A DNA stretch of 64,000 bases from an uncultured Candidatus Saccharibacteria bacterium (GCA_964494945.1 CAZBTX010000001.1:67088-131087), one strand, 5' to 3'. Positions 1 through 9,435 are shown, numbered from the stretch's first letter. Numbers and translations: made by a program. The notes: generated by a model not told the origin, from the sequence alone.

Positions 1-403
1 ACTGGCGTGAGAATCGCCATCGCCCTTTCCCCATTGGCGGCATTACGTTAAGCCCCTGTTTAATACGCTCAAAAATACGTTCTATTTTAATTTCTTTTTC
101 TAATTTTTTCATCGCCACGCGGAATCCCCTGCCATCTCGCTCAAGGTTCTCCTTGATACTTGAGATGGTGGTTTGACTTACTTTCAGCCAACGGCTAATT
201 TCCGCATAGGAATATCCTCTTTGGAGAAAGAACGCTATCAATAAACGTTTACCCAACATGATTTTTTCTGTCCTGGTTAGGAGATCATTAAAGAAAAGTG
301 CAAGTTCTTCTTTACTTCGCATGAGCGTCACCGTATCAATGATTCTCTGGCTTAGCTCCTCAATTTGCCGTGATGTGAGCGGATATCGTGAAATTCTTGT
401 CAT
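1..403 (-). CDS. TrpR-related YerC/YecD-family DNA-binding protein. ATG start at 403; the 3' end runs past the window start (partial).
   Basis: Minus-strand translation from 403 gives MTRISRYPLTSRQIEELSQRIIDTVTLMRSKEELALFFNDLLTRTEKIMLGKRLLIAFFLQRGYSYAEISRWLKVSQTTISS..., a Trp-repressor-like HTH pattern. Not in the ORF track because it is truncated by the window edge. Confidence 0.55.
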   Translation of the reverse strand, partial: MTRISRYPLTSRQIEELSQRIIDTVTLMRSKEELALFFNDLLTRTEKIMLGKRLLIAFFLQRGYSYAEISRWLKVSQTTISSIKENLERDGRGFRVAMKKLEKEIKIERIFERIKQGLNVMPPMGKGRWRFSRQ

Positions 404-414
404 AAAATTATTAT

Positions 415-440
415 ACTCCAATACTCGCTAGTATTGGAGT
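415..440. promoter_or_regulatory. 11-4-11 perfect palindrome actccaatact-cgct-agtattggagt. It lies between the giant-gene stop and the TrpR-like start and is followed by a TATAAT box. Candidate operator and/or terminator.
   Basis: Seen in sequence. Position is immediately upstream of the regulator ATG. Confidence 0.35.
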
Positions 441-453
441 GGGGAGTAAATGG

Positions 454-3400
454 TTAAATGGAGGGAGTGGTGCTGGCGGTCGCTGTAGAAACCGCCGCGG
501 TAACAGTGGTAGTTGTGGCCATAGACGGGGTGGTAGTGGCCGTGTCAGTTCCGACGCTAGCGGTCGGAGCCCCAACCCCTTCGGGCGTCGGGGTTGTTGC
601 CGACGTCGTACTTGCGGTTAGGCCGGTGATATCAATTATGGGCGTGGCGGTTGATGTTATTGGGATTGGAGCGGCAAGAGACATACCGGAGGCGCAATCT
701 CCGGGTTCGGAATGCAGAACATTATTGTCGCTGAAGACGCAGACCGGATGTTGGGTGGCGCGGTCATAAATGGTTATACCGGTTTGGGTTATGTCCGCGG
801 CTTTAACTTGAATATTCTGCACGATTATTTTTTGTGCATTGATTTCCTCCGCTTCTATATACTTCATCGTCATGCGTCCCGTCTCGTCAATTTTCCATAA
901 GCCGTTTTGCGAGACGATTTGTCCGACTCCCAAGAGGGCATTGCCTCCCAAATTCACGTCCCCATAGAAGTTGACGTTGACCTTGCCGGTGGATTGATCA
1001 ACCGACCAGCCGTTGGTGGCAAGCGAACTCGAATTAGCGGCGGCAAGTTGCGGCACGGCATCGTCCAGTTTCGAGTATCCGAGGTTCACGAAAACCAGGA
1101 TTTTTCCGGTTCTGACCGTCCGGCCGTCGGGAAGTCCGACTTCGGCGGCGTTTGAAGTAGGACTTCCTGTTGTTGATTCGTCAAAGCTCTCCAAAGCAAT
1201 CCCCACGGTCATCCCTGAAGTCGTGGCCTTCATGCCCACTCCGGCAAGAGACGAGGAAGTTATCCTGTTGCCGATGGCAATGGGGCCGGATTCGGTGGAG
1301 ACCTTGACCGGGACGCGGCCGACGAGGGCAACGGAAAAATCCGGGCTTTTGCCATAGTCATCGCCAAGCACCATGCCCGGTTGGGTGGAAATCGCGCCAA
1401 GTAAAGTTTCTCCCGCGGCCGCTTTTTTGATAAAAGGCTTAGCGCTTGTGGCAGTGGCGATGGCGCCGGCGTCAAGCGAAATAATGTCGCCGGATTCAAG
1501 CGCTTCCAAAGATGGATACTTTTCCGCGATGTCGGTCCAGTTGGCGTGGGCGGTGCCGTAGTAGATGTCGCCGGCGGTGCCGACGGCGGTACAGTGGGTG
1601 TCCACGGCGGTATCAAAGCACCCGGCGCCCGCAACTTCTAATTTGGGGTCGGGATTCGTCGTCCCGATGCCGACGTTGCCGGTGTAATCAATGACAAACG
1701 CGGTTGTTGTCGCGCCCGTGCTTGTTGCGCCGGCAAATACCGCAAAAAGCGGGTCGGTGCTGAATGCCGCGCCTACCACGGTTAGCCGCGCGGGCACGCT
1801 GACGCTGGAGGTGGCAGATCCAATGCCTATTCCCACGTTGCCTAAAGAATCTATACGCAATCTTTCTCGGCCGCCGGTGGAGATGTTGAGCATGCTAGAC
1901 GTTAGAGACCATATGCCCGTGCTTATGTCGCCAGAGAACGTGAGCGCTGGAGAATCTTCGGCGCCGCTTGAGGAAAGAGTGAGGTGCGGGGTGGTGGTGG
2001 TTGCCGAGAAAAGTTCTTCTGCAAGCGCGCTGATATTGACGCCCTGCTGAAGGTTCATAAACACTAAAATTGTCTCGCCTATGGAAGCGGCGGTATGCGG
2101 CTCAAGCGCGATTCCGACAGAAGCGTCAAAAAGTCCCGCCTTCATACCCACACCAGGAACAGATGAAAGCGCGATGCGGTCGCCAATGGCAATCTCGCCA
2201 CCTTCCAGATTTACCTTCGTCGGCACCCGTCCGGCGAGAGCCACGGGGCGCTGCCCCGTCGCGTCTGTTTTGTCGGTGAGAAGAAGCCCTGGCTGTGTGG
2301 AGATGATGCCCGCAAGAGGACGGTGGTCTCCCCTCACTGCACGTTTCACAAAAAGCGGTTTTTCAAAATCAAAGGAAACAATCTCTCCGGCGGAAACCGA
2401 CGAGTCCGAGACGGAATAATTTTCCGCCAAGTCGGCTCCGGAGGTGACAGTTTTGTATTCGTAGACAATTATGCTGCCAGCGGTGCCAGCACCGCCGGCG
2501 CCGCTGGTGACACCGTCGCCGCCGCGGCCACCGATGTTGTCGCCAGCGGCGATACCGCCGATGTTGCTACTGCCACCGTTACCTTTCAAATTTACATCAC
2601 CACTAGAGCCACTGCCGCCGGCGCCGGGGGTGCCGGTGCCGCCTTCGCCGTTGCCGGCGCTGCCGCCGGCGCCGCCGGTTGCCTGCAGGAGCGGAGTGGT
2701 ACAGGCGGTAGCGTTTGTTCCGAAGCACAATTTCACGCCGTCTGTGCCGTTATTGCCGCCGCTGCCGCCGGCGCCGCCTCCGCCGGAGGTATATTTGTAT
2801 GTAGCGGCCGGAGTCGCAATAGATTTCATCGAGTACCCTCCCCCTCCCCCTCCCCCTCCGGTGCCGAGGCCGGAACCGCCGCCTTGGCCGCCGGCGCCGC
2901 CTCCGTTGCCCCAAAGCTCAACCACTATGTAGGAGGTGTTTGCTGGCGTGGTGTAGGTAGCGTCTGTCCCACTGGTGAATGTTTGAATCGAAGCGAACCG
3001 CACGACGGTATCGGTGTCCGCCGAACAGGTGACTCCACCCGAAGCGGTTATTGCTGAAACATGCTGACCCGCCGAGCAGGTGGTGCCAGTAATTAGGGTG
3101 TAGTCCGTGCCGTTGGCGGCCGCAGTGAATGCCGACGTGCCGTTTCCTTTAAGTACTCCGGTAAGTGTGGTGGCTCCCGTTCCTCCGTTGGCTACCGCGA
3201 TAGTTGCTCCGGTCCAGGTTCCGGAAGTGATGGTGCCGACTGAAGTGAGTGAAGAGCCGGTAACTCCCGAACCCAGAGTTGTGGCATTCAAAACCGAGGT
3301 TCCGTTAATTTGCAAATCTCCTCCGGAGCCGAGATTAAGGGTATTGGTTGTGAGATAACTCGTGCCGGCGCCTACTTGCAAAGTGCCTAATATTCTTAAG

Positions 3401-6400
3401 TTATTTTCTATAGTGGAGGTGCCGGTGCCTCCGACATAGAGCCGGTTAGCAACTGCGAGTTGTTCCGCCGGACTCGTTGTACCTACGCCGATGTTGCCGT
3501 TTTGATTTACGCCGCCAATAAAGAAAGCCGGTGTGGAACTACCTTGGTTTGAGACAACAAAGGAGGGGTTTGTGGTATTCATTTCTACCGAAAGATTGCC
3601 CCACGGACTCGTTGTACCTACGCCGATGTTGCCCGAGGTCGCGAGGAAGATAGATGAGGTGGCGGTGAGCGTGGCGCCGACGTAGGAGAGCATCTGCCCG
3701 TCCGTGCCGGTAGGCAGGCCACCGACACAAGTGCCATTCACCGCCAAGCATCCGGTCAGAACATTTAATCCGCTGCCGAAGGTGCTGGTGGCGGTGGCGC
3801 TGATATTGATGGTGTTGGCCCCAGTGTTACCAAGAGAGAGCAGTGTCCCCGGACTCGTCGTCCCGATGCCGACGTTGCCGCCAGACAAAATTGTCATGGC
3901 TACGGCATTATTAGTAGCGAATTGGAGAGGGAAAGCGCCGGCTCTATGTATAACCCCGGCACTGGCAGAAGTCCCTAAAGCAAGGGTACCTCCGCTGGTT
4001 GAATCAACGCCCACATAAAGAGGAGTAGTAGGAGCATTATTTATAATGTAGCGTGTTGCCGCCGCCTCAGTGCTTGCGTTTTCAATATACTGGTTTGTTC
4101 CACCACTAGAATTATATAAATGCAATTTTGCTCCAGGCGCCGCCGTCCCAATGCCGACGTTATTGCTCGAAAAATCATACACCAACCCGCTGGTTTCAAT
4201 GGCAAGGCCTCCAGTGATAGTCGAGGTAGCAGTAGTCGAGGTCGCGTTAAAGTTTCCGAAGGTCGGAGTACTGGTTCCCGTAAGAACTCCGGAAGCGTTA
4301 GTTGAAAGCAAACTATTGATGGGAAGCCCCGAAAGCGTCAGGGTTGTGCCGGTGGCGGTGATGTTGGCAACCGTGAGGTTGCCGGAGAACAACGCATTCC
4401 CCTGCACCGAGAGTGTTGTAGCCGGACTCGTCGTCCCGATGCCGACGTTGCCGCTCTGTGTGATAAATACGTCGGGAGAGCCGTAGGTTACCTGGGATGC
4501 AGGAGAATTCTCACTAATACCCCAAAGCCCAAGCCCCCTGTTATTAACAACATCGATGCTGGCATAGCCACCAACTGCACCATATGTGAATCCGTCGTCT
4601 GTTCCCGTGTACGCAGTGACCACTCCGCTTCCGTTTACATTCTGATTGAGGCTTCCTCCAGAGATAATTTGATTGGCACCTACAGTACCAGAAGTGATGT
4701 CCTTTTTAACCTGCAAAGCTGTTTCGGGTCCCGCCGTCCCGATGCCGACGTTGCCGGAGTTTGAAATTGTGAGAGCCGCAGGTGTTGAAGTCGCATACGC
4801 ATCCGTCGAAGTCCCCACATACAAGTTCCCGCCCATTGATGAGAAGAGCCAGTGTTTGAGGTTGGCTGATGCAGAAGTATCCGAGAGCGCGAATGAGGGA
4901 CGTGTTCCCGCGACTTGAAGGAGCCAGTTCGGGGTGGTCGTCCCGATGCCGACGTTGCCGCTCATATCCACAACAAACCGACCAGTCGTACCAGACGCGC
5001 CGCTATAGAGCGCGAGAAGATTAGAACCCGCCCCGTGCGCGGTGTCCGTGATCGCGAGCTTGTACACATCCACGACGCCGGTCGTATTGAGCGTTCCGCT
5101 CAAGCTAGCGAGCGATGAGGCATTGGAGCCGGTGAGGGAGTAGTTCTGAACATCAATTAATGTAAGATTGCCGCTGAAACTACTACTCCCAAGAACTAAT
5201 TTCGTCCAACGATGACCAGTGTCACCGATAGATGTGTTAGCTTCAGGATAAAAGCTCCCACCAGCGAACACAGCAGTTACGGCTCCATTGTAGGCAAATT
5301 GCAACGCTCCAGAACCTCCGACGATCATGTAGTCACTCGCCATAGAGAGCGCGGTCAAGTCCTGGGTGTTCGCTGCGTCACGATACATAATAGAGGAGCC
5401 GGCTGGCAATCGGATCGTCCCCGTCGTAGCAGGGGTCGCTCCAAAACTCAAAGCCCCTGACCCGCCAACGTGAAGAGCAGTCCCCGGCCCCGCCGTTCCG
5501 ATCCCCACATTGCCGCTAGATTTATCAACAAAGAGAAGCGGCGAGGAAGTGCCTACAGATAGGAGTGAGTTGGATGCGGGCGTGGTGGAGCCCACCGAGA
5601 ACACTCCGGCCAGAGTGGAGGTGGCTGTGGTGGAGGTTGAGGTGAAGTATGAAGAAATAAAGTTGTTGCCGAGAATATCCCCCGCAACCGAAAGTTTCTG
5701 CCCGGGCGTTGTCGTCCCGATGCCGACGTTGCCGGAACTCAAAACCGCAAGTTTGCTACTTCCGCCCACTTGGGCGTTTATCAAATAATTACTTCCGCTT
5801 CCGACTGATGTTTGTGTTGAATCTATGTTGAGGACTGTGTATCCTGCCGTGCCTGATTGCGCGATAGTCGGTTCAAGCGACATCCAGTTCTGATTTCCGC
5901 TCGCGGCAGTCAACCTCCCATCAGTATCTTTATCATCAAACAAATAAACAGTAGCTCCAGCAGTCGCTAAATCAGTTCCCTGATAAAGTCTAAGTCCTTG
6001 ATTAGTCCCACCACGAAAGAAATCTATATAAGAGTTAGAATTTGCTCCCTGAAAACGGTAGGAACGGAAACCGGTGCCTTCTTCGGTACGGGTATTGCTA
6101 ACTATTCCGTTGTTTGGCTGAAAGGCAATACCTCCAGCTGAAGTTTTTATCACAAAATCATCGTCTGTGTAGTGATATAAATCCGTATATCTTACTCCGT
6201 TTGCGGCATATATTCTTAGGGCGGGCGTTTGCACAGGACTGCCTGTCGGCGTTTTTAAAGTCAAAAGAACATCAGGTGTTGCCGTCCCGATCCCCACATC
6301 CCCGTTAGCATCCACAATAAAGCTGGTGGCGGTGGAGGAGCCAATGGCGAACGCGGTCTGGGTGGTTCCGGCCGGGGACTGAATGGAGAGCGTGGCAAAG

Positions 6401-8436
6401 GGCGAAGAAGTGCCAATACCCACTCTCCCGAAAGGCGAGGATGAAGTGTCCAAAGAAAGCAGAGGATTGGCGGCTGTGGTGCTTGTCGCCAGAGACCAGG
6501 CATTGACCGTCAGGTTGGGAATGGTGCTTGTCGCCCGATTGTTGTAGACAATGTTCCCGGAGTTGATGGAGAAAAGGTCTCCGATGGCATCACCCACATA
6601 TAAAGAACCCTCCACCAGCAAAGAGGAGGCGGAAGTGGAGGCCACGGTGACTGAACCGGCCGAGGTCAGGGAATTGACATACACATCCCCCTCGGCATCC
6701 ACCAGGAACTTGGTAGAGCCATTGACCGCCAGACCCAGGAGATTGGTATCGGAGACGGCTGATGCGGGATTGATATACAGGGAAGAGTTGGACACCGCCG
6801 CATTGGCCACTCCCGTGGCCCAGGCGGGAAAGGTGTGGGGCGTTACGGGGACATAGGTAGCCACCACCTGGCCGGAACTGGTGGTGGTGGCCGAGACGGA
6901 TAGAGTTCCGTTATTAGCCGAGAACACCCCGCCCACCGAGAGCGCCCCGTGGATCTGGGTGTCTCCCGATACTTCAAAGTTGCCGGAGGTGGTGGTGGAG
7001 ACACCCACCCCCAAGCCCCCGGTGAGATATGTATGGCCGGATACGGAAAGAAGCTGGGAGGGTGAAGAAGTGCCGATGCCCACTTTATTCCCCCCAAAAT
7101 CAACCACCAGAGTATCGGTGTCTATGGTCAGTCCTCCCGCCATGGTGGAAGTGGAGGTGGTATCGGTCAGGGTCAATTTAGAGGCGGTAACTCCTGCTGT
7201 TACCGTGAGCGACCCCGTGCTCACCATAAGATCACCGGTTCTCACGGTGGCGCCGTTATAAATGTCCAGGGAGTCCAGCTTGTCTATTCTCTGCGAGACG
7301 GTCACCATCTGGAGGGAAGAGCCGGCCACGCGGGAAGTATTATTCAAGTCCCCCCGCACGGTGAAGAGGTCATGGGAGAGGGAGGCCAGTTCCACTCTGA
7401 TTTTGTTGTTTTCCTGCTGAAAGAGTTGAGAGAGCTCTTGCTTAAGACCGGCGGTGTCCGTTATGACCAGTTGTCTTTCTATGATGGTGGAGGGTTGCTC
7501 TTGCTTTTCGGCAGATGCGGCTGGTTTCTCCGGCTCTTGGCCGTTTAGCGTAAATTCAACTGTTCCCGATGGCAGGGTCAAGGATTCACGGAATTTTGAA
7601 CCCAAAAGCAAATTGGAAAAGAAGGGCCGGATGTTCTTAAAAAGTCCCGCGATATTGCCTTCGCTTTGAATGATTTTCGCGACATTCCGACCGGTGTCTT
7701 GGGTGGCGGTGAGGCCGGATTGATAGAAATTTACGGACGCACCTAAAGCCGCATTTTTTAAAGCTACAAATGTTTTGCTGAAATCATTAGGATTTGAAAT
7801 GCCACGACTAAGCGCTCCGGCCAATTTTTCTAAAGTCAGGGGAATATTTTTTGTCTTTTCATAAACTTCAGATAACCCGATATCTTTATCAGGAATAATC
7901 TGCTTATGGGACGCCGAGACAAGAATGGGATTGAGGGTTCGACTGCCGTCTTTAACCAATGCCGCCAGATCAGCACGCGCGCTTATTGCCAATATTAGAG
8001 ACAACACAGCTAAGGTGCTTATTCCTAGAGGTTTAAATTTAAAAAAGAAATTTGGAAATTCAGATACTTTCGTTCTTTGATATCCTTTTTCTTTATAAAC
8101 ATTTAGCGTATAGAAAATATTTTCTCTCGGTATGGATGAAGAAACATGGTCGGGCTCCCGCAATTTCACCGTACTTTGTATCGGTTTTATAGGTACGCTC
8201 CGGGAATCGGAACGCGGAATTTTTACGCTTCTTTTCCATGAGCGGTTGTTTAGGTATCTCGTCAATTCCTCGGCGTCAATGAACCATCCATGCCCAATTT
8301 TTTCTCCGGCTATTACCCTCCGATTAATAAGAACTCTCAAAGAGTCCGGTTTGATGCCGGATAGATCCGAGGCCTGTATTAAATTCAAGAGTTTTTGCTC
8401 CATCCCGTTAGAGACAGGAAATGCGGCGCTCCGCAT
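454..8436 (-). CDS. Giant (2660 aa) surface/secreted repeat protein. It contains about 12 copies of an SGNVGIGT(T/A)xP beta-repeat motif (tail-fibre-like), a long Gly-rich tract, and two tandem C-terminal ~150-aa domains carrying a D(L/I)AE(N/K)Y motif. A hydrophobic segment (LGISTLAVLSLILAISARA) at about residue 130 is a signal peptide or TM anchor. The true start may be the second Met at 8403.
   Basis: Uninterrupted 7983-nt ORF. Repeated motifs were read directly. Composition is Thr/Ser/Gly/Asn-rich, typical of beta-helical fibre or adhesin proteins. Confidence 0.8.
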   Translation of the reverse strand: MRSAAFPVSNGMEQKLLNLIQASDLSGIKPDSLRVLINRRVIAGEKIGHGWFIDAEELTRYLNNRSWKRSVKIPRSDSRSVPIKPIQSTVKLREPDHVSSSIPRENIFYTLNVYKEKGYQRTKVSEFPNFFFKFKPLGISTLAVLSLILAISARADLAALVKDGSRTLNPILVSASHKQIIPDKDIGLSEVYEKTKNIPLTLEKLAGALSRGISNPNDFSKTFVALKNAALGASVNFYQSGLTATQDTGRNVAKIIQSEGNIAGLFKNIRPFFSNLLLGSKFRESLTLPSGTVEFTLNGQEPEKPAASAEKQEQPSTIIERQLVITDTAGLKQELSQLFQQENNKIRVELASLSHDLFTVRGDLNNTSRVAGSSLQMVTVSQRIDKLDSLDIYNGATVRTGDLMVSTGSLTVTAGVTASKLTLTDTTSTSTMAGGLTIDTDTLVVDFGGNKVGIGTSSPSQLLSVSGHTYLTGGLGVGVSTTTSGNFEVSGDTQIHGALSVGGVFSANNGTLSVSATTTSSGQVVATYVPVTPHTFPAWATGVANAAVSNSSLYINPASAVSDTNLLGLAVNGSTKFLVDAEGDVYVNSLTSAGSVTVASTSASSLLVEGSLYVGDAIGDLFSINSGNIVYNNRATSTIPNLTVNAWSLATSTTAANPLLSLDTSSSPFGRVGIGTSSPFATLSIQSPAGTTQTAFAIGSSTATSFIVDANGDVGIGTATPDVLLTLKTPTGSPVQTPALRIYAANGVRYTDLYHYTDDDFVIKTSAGGIAFQPNNGIVSNTRTEEGTGFRSYRFQGANSNSYIDFFRGGTNQGLRLYQGTDLATAGATVYLFDDKDTDGRLTAASGNQNWMSLEPTIAQSGTAGYTVLNIDSTQTSVGSGSNYLINAQVGGSSKLAVLSSGNVGIGTTTPGQKLSVAGDILGNNFISSYFTSTSTTATSTLAGVFSVGSTTPASNSLLSVGTSSPLLFVDKSSGNVGIGTAGPGTALHVGGSGALSFGATPATTGTIRLPAGSSIMYRDAANTQDLTALSMASDYMIVGGSGALQFAYNGAVTAVFAGGSFYPEANTSIGDTGHRWTKLVLGSSSFSGNLTLIDVQNYSLTGSNASSLASLSGTLNTTGVVDVYKLAITDTAHGAGSNLLALYSGASGTTGRFVVDMSGNVGIGTTTPNWLLQVAGTRPSFALSDTSASANLKHWLFSSMGGNLYVGTSTDAYATSTPAALTISNSGNVGIGTAGPETALQVKKDITSGTVGANQIISGGSLNQNVNGSGVVTAYTGTDDGFTYGAVGGYASIDVVNNRGLGLWGISENSPASQVTYGSPDVFITQSGNVGIGTTSPATTLSVQGNALFSGNLTVANITATGTTLTLSGLPINSLLSTNASGVLTGTSTPTFGNFNATSTTATSTITGGLAIETSGLVYDFSSNNVGIGTAAPGAKLHLYNSSGGTNQYIENASTEAAATRYIINNAPTTPLYVGVDSTSGGTLALGTSASAGVIHRAGAFPLQFATNNAVAMTILSGGNVGIGTTSPGTLLSLGNTGANTINISATATSTFGSGLNVLTGCLAVNGTCVGGLPTGTDGQMLSYVGATLTATSSIFLATSGNIGVGTTSPWGNLSVEMNTTNPSFVVSNQGSSTPAFFIGGVNQNGNIGVGTTSPAEQLAVANRLYVGGTGTSTIENNLRILGTLQVGAGTSYLTTNTLNLGSGGDLQINGTSVLNATTLGSGVTGSSLTSVGTITSGTWTGATIAVANGGTGATTLTGVLKGNGTSAFTAAANGTDYTLITGTTCSAGQHVSAITASGGVTCSADTDTVVRFASIQTFTSGTDATYTTPANTSYIVVELWGNGGGAGGQGGGSGLGTGGGGGGGGYSMKSIATPAATYKYTSGGGGAGGSGGNNGTDGVKLCFGTNATACTTPLLQATGGAGGSAGNGEGGTGTPGAGGSGSSGDVNLKGNGGSSNIGGIAAGDNIGGRGGDGVTSGAGGAGTAGSIIVYEYKTVTSGADLAENYSVSDSSVSAGEIVSFDFEKPLFVKRAVRGDHRPLAGIISTQPGLLLTDKTDATGQRPVALAGRVPTKVNLEGGEIAIGDRIALSSVPGVGMKAGLFDASVGIALEPHTAASIGETILVFMNLQQGVNISALAEELFSATTTTPHLTLSSSGAEDSPALTFSGDISTGIWSLTSSMLNISTGGRERLRIDSLGNVGIGIGSATSSVSVPARLTVVGAAFSTDPLFAVFAGATSTGATTTAFVIDYTGNVGIGTTNPDPKLEVAGAGCFDTAVDTHCTAVGTAGDIYYGTAHANWTDIAEKYPSLEALESGDIISLDAGAIATATSAKPFIKKAAAGETLLGAISTQPGMVLGDDYGKSPDFSVALVGRVPVKVSTESGPIAIGNRITSSSLAGVGMKATTSGMTVGIALESFDESTTGSPTSNAAEVGLPDGRTVRTGKILVFVNLGYSKLDDAVPQLAAANSSSLATNGWSVDQSTGKVNVNFYGDVNLGGNALLGVGQIVSQNGLWKIDETGRMTMKYIEAEEINAQKIIVQNIQVKAADITQTGITIYDRATQHPVCVFSDNNVLHSEPGDCASGMSLAAPIPITSTATPIIDITGLTASTTSATTPTPEGVGAPTASVGTDTATTTPSMATTTTVTAAVSTATASTTPSI
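1657..5733. repeat. Intragenic near-identical DNA repeats of 20-29 bp with core gtcgtcccgatgccgacgttgcc. Copies lie at about 1657, 3856, 4424, 4746, 4937 and 5711. Diverged copies lie at about 3470, 3606, 4145, 5491, 6283 and 7070.
   Basis: Exact nucleotide matches read in sequence. They encode the GNVGIGT motif on the minus strand and VVPMPTLP in a plus-strand frame. Confidence 0.85.
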
Positions 8437-8527
8437 TTCCGGAAGTTAACTAGTAATCTTGTATAGAGATTTTTATCGTTTCGGTTTCATAAATCATAGA
8501 TAAAGTAAGGGGTGGGTCTCTAACGGG
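8404..8527. repeat. Element bracketed by a 10-bp inverted repeat cccgttagag ... ctctaacggg. It contains a perfect hairpin ggaaatgcggcgctccgcatttcc (8417-8440). It overlaps the first annotated ATG of the giant gene and abuts the second Met (8403).
   Basis: The same two 10-mers flank tRNA-Thr (50566/50645). 9/10 variants sit at 46179/46308. Confidence 0.6.
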
Positions 8528-8963
8528 ATCCATCAGTGTAAGTTACGAATTCGTAACTTGTTCCCGTAACTAAATTATAGAGCCGATCATCAGAATAAAC
8601 CGTGTGGATAAAGTATTTATTCCACAACTTTTTAAAAACTATTCCTTATGTTTTAACGATGTGTTTTAGTGATGAATGAGTTGAGCGGCCAAATAAATAT
8701 CCGGTATTTGATAATTTAAACGGGGATGCCCCATGGTTTTTGATGGAGCGAACTTTTTACTTAAATTTAATCGGATTAGTAGATTATTAAATATAGATTT
8801 CATTTTTCAGCTATAGCGTGGTACTGAAAAAGACCTTTATTTTGTGATCTACACGAATAAATTAGCTTAGCCGATAAGATAGCGGCTTAGAGAAATTGCT
8901 CTGGTTGCGGAAATAGGGTCAATCTGTTAACCTATATTAGCTAATAATTAAGCTGCTGACGGC

Positions 8964-9434
8964 ATGGATTTAGATGTTAGGAAATACGAAATCGCCTACT
9001 TAGTGTCTCCCCGGGTCGCGGAAGACGATGTGGTTAGAATAGCCGGAATCGTTACCGGAGCCATTGAGGAGCAAAAGGGCGTGGTTCGCCACGTTGAAGA
9101 GCCGAAAAAGAGGAAACTGGCTTACCCTGTGGAAAATGACCGCATGGGTTATTTGGGCTATACTAGATTTTCGGCAGATCCTAACGCGGCATCGGGAATA
9201 TCCAAGAAGCTTAAATTCCAGAAAGAGATAATGCGTTTTCTTGTAGTGGAAGAAGAAATTGAGCCGGAAAAGCGCCAGATCACGAGGCGCGCGTGGCGTT
9301 CAACCGAAGGCCTGCCATCCACGGTAACAGTGGGGGCCCCCAAACGTGAGACAGAAATTGTTGCTTCACCGGAAGAACGCGAGGCCAATATAGAGAAGAT
9401 AGATAAGCGGTTAGAGGAAATACTGGGGCAATGA
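8964..9434 (+). CDS. rpsF: 30S ribosomal protein S6
   Basis: N-terminal YEIAYLVSP motif. Sits in the rpsF-ssb-rpsR arrangement. Confidence 0.85.
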   Translation: MDLDVRKYEIAYLVSPRVAEDDVVRIAGIVTGAIEEQKGVVRHVEEPKKRKLAYPVENDRMGYLGYTRFSADPNAASGISKKLKFQKEIMRFLVVEEEIEPEKRQITRRAWRSTEGLPSTVTVGAPKRETEIVASPEEREANIEKIDKRLEEILGQ

Positions 9435-9435
9435 A

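Noticed and set aside
2471-2932. Plus-strand 153-aa poly-proline ORF
   Set aside because: Antisense translation of the Gly-rich (GGx)n tract of the giant gene.
3704-7261. Plus-strand ORFs inside the giant gene (3704-4018, 4070-4486, 4673-4918, 5510-5788, 6881-7261) that all contain a VVPMPTLP motif
   Set aside because: They are the reverse-complement reading of the gene's own GNVGIGT-encoding DNA repeats. This is antisense to a 2660-aa intact ORF, so the repeats explain the motif.
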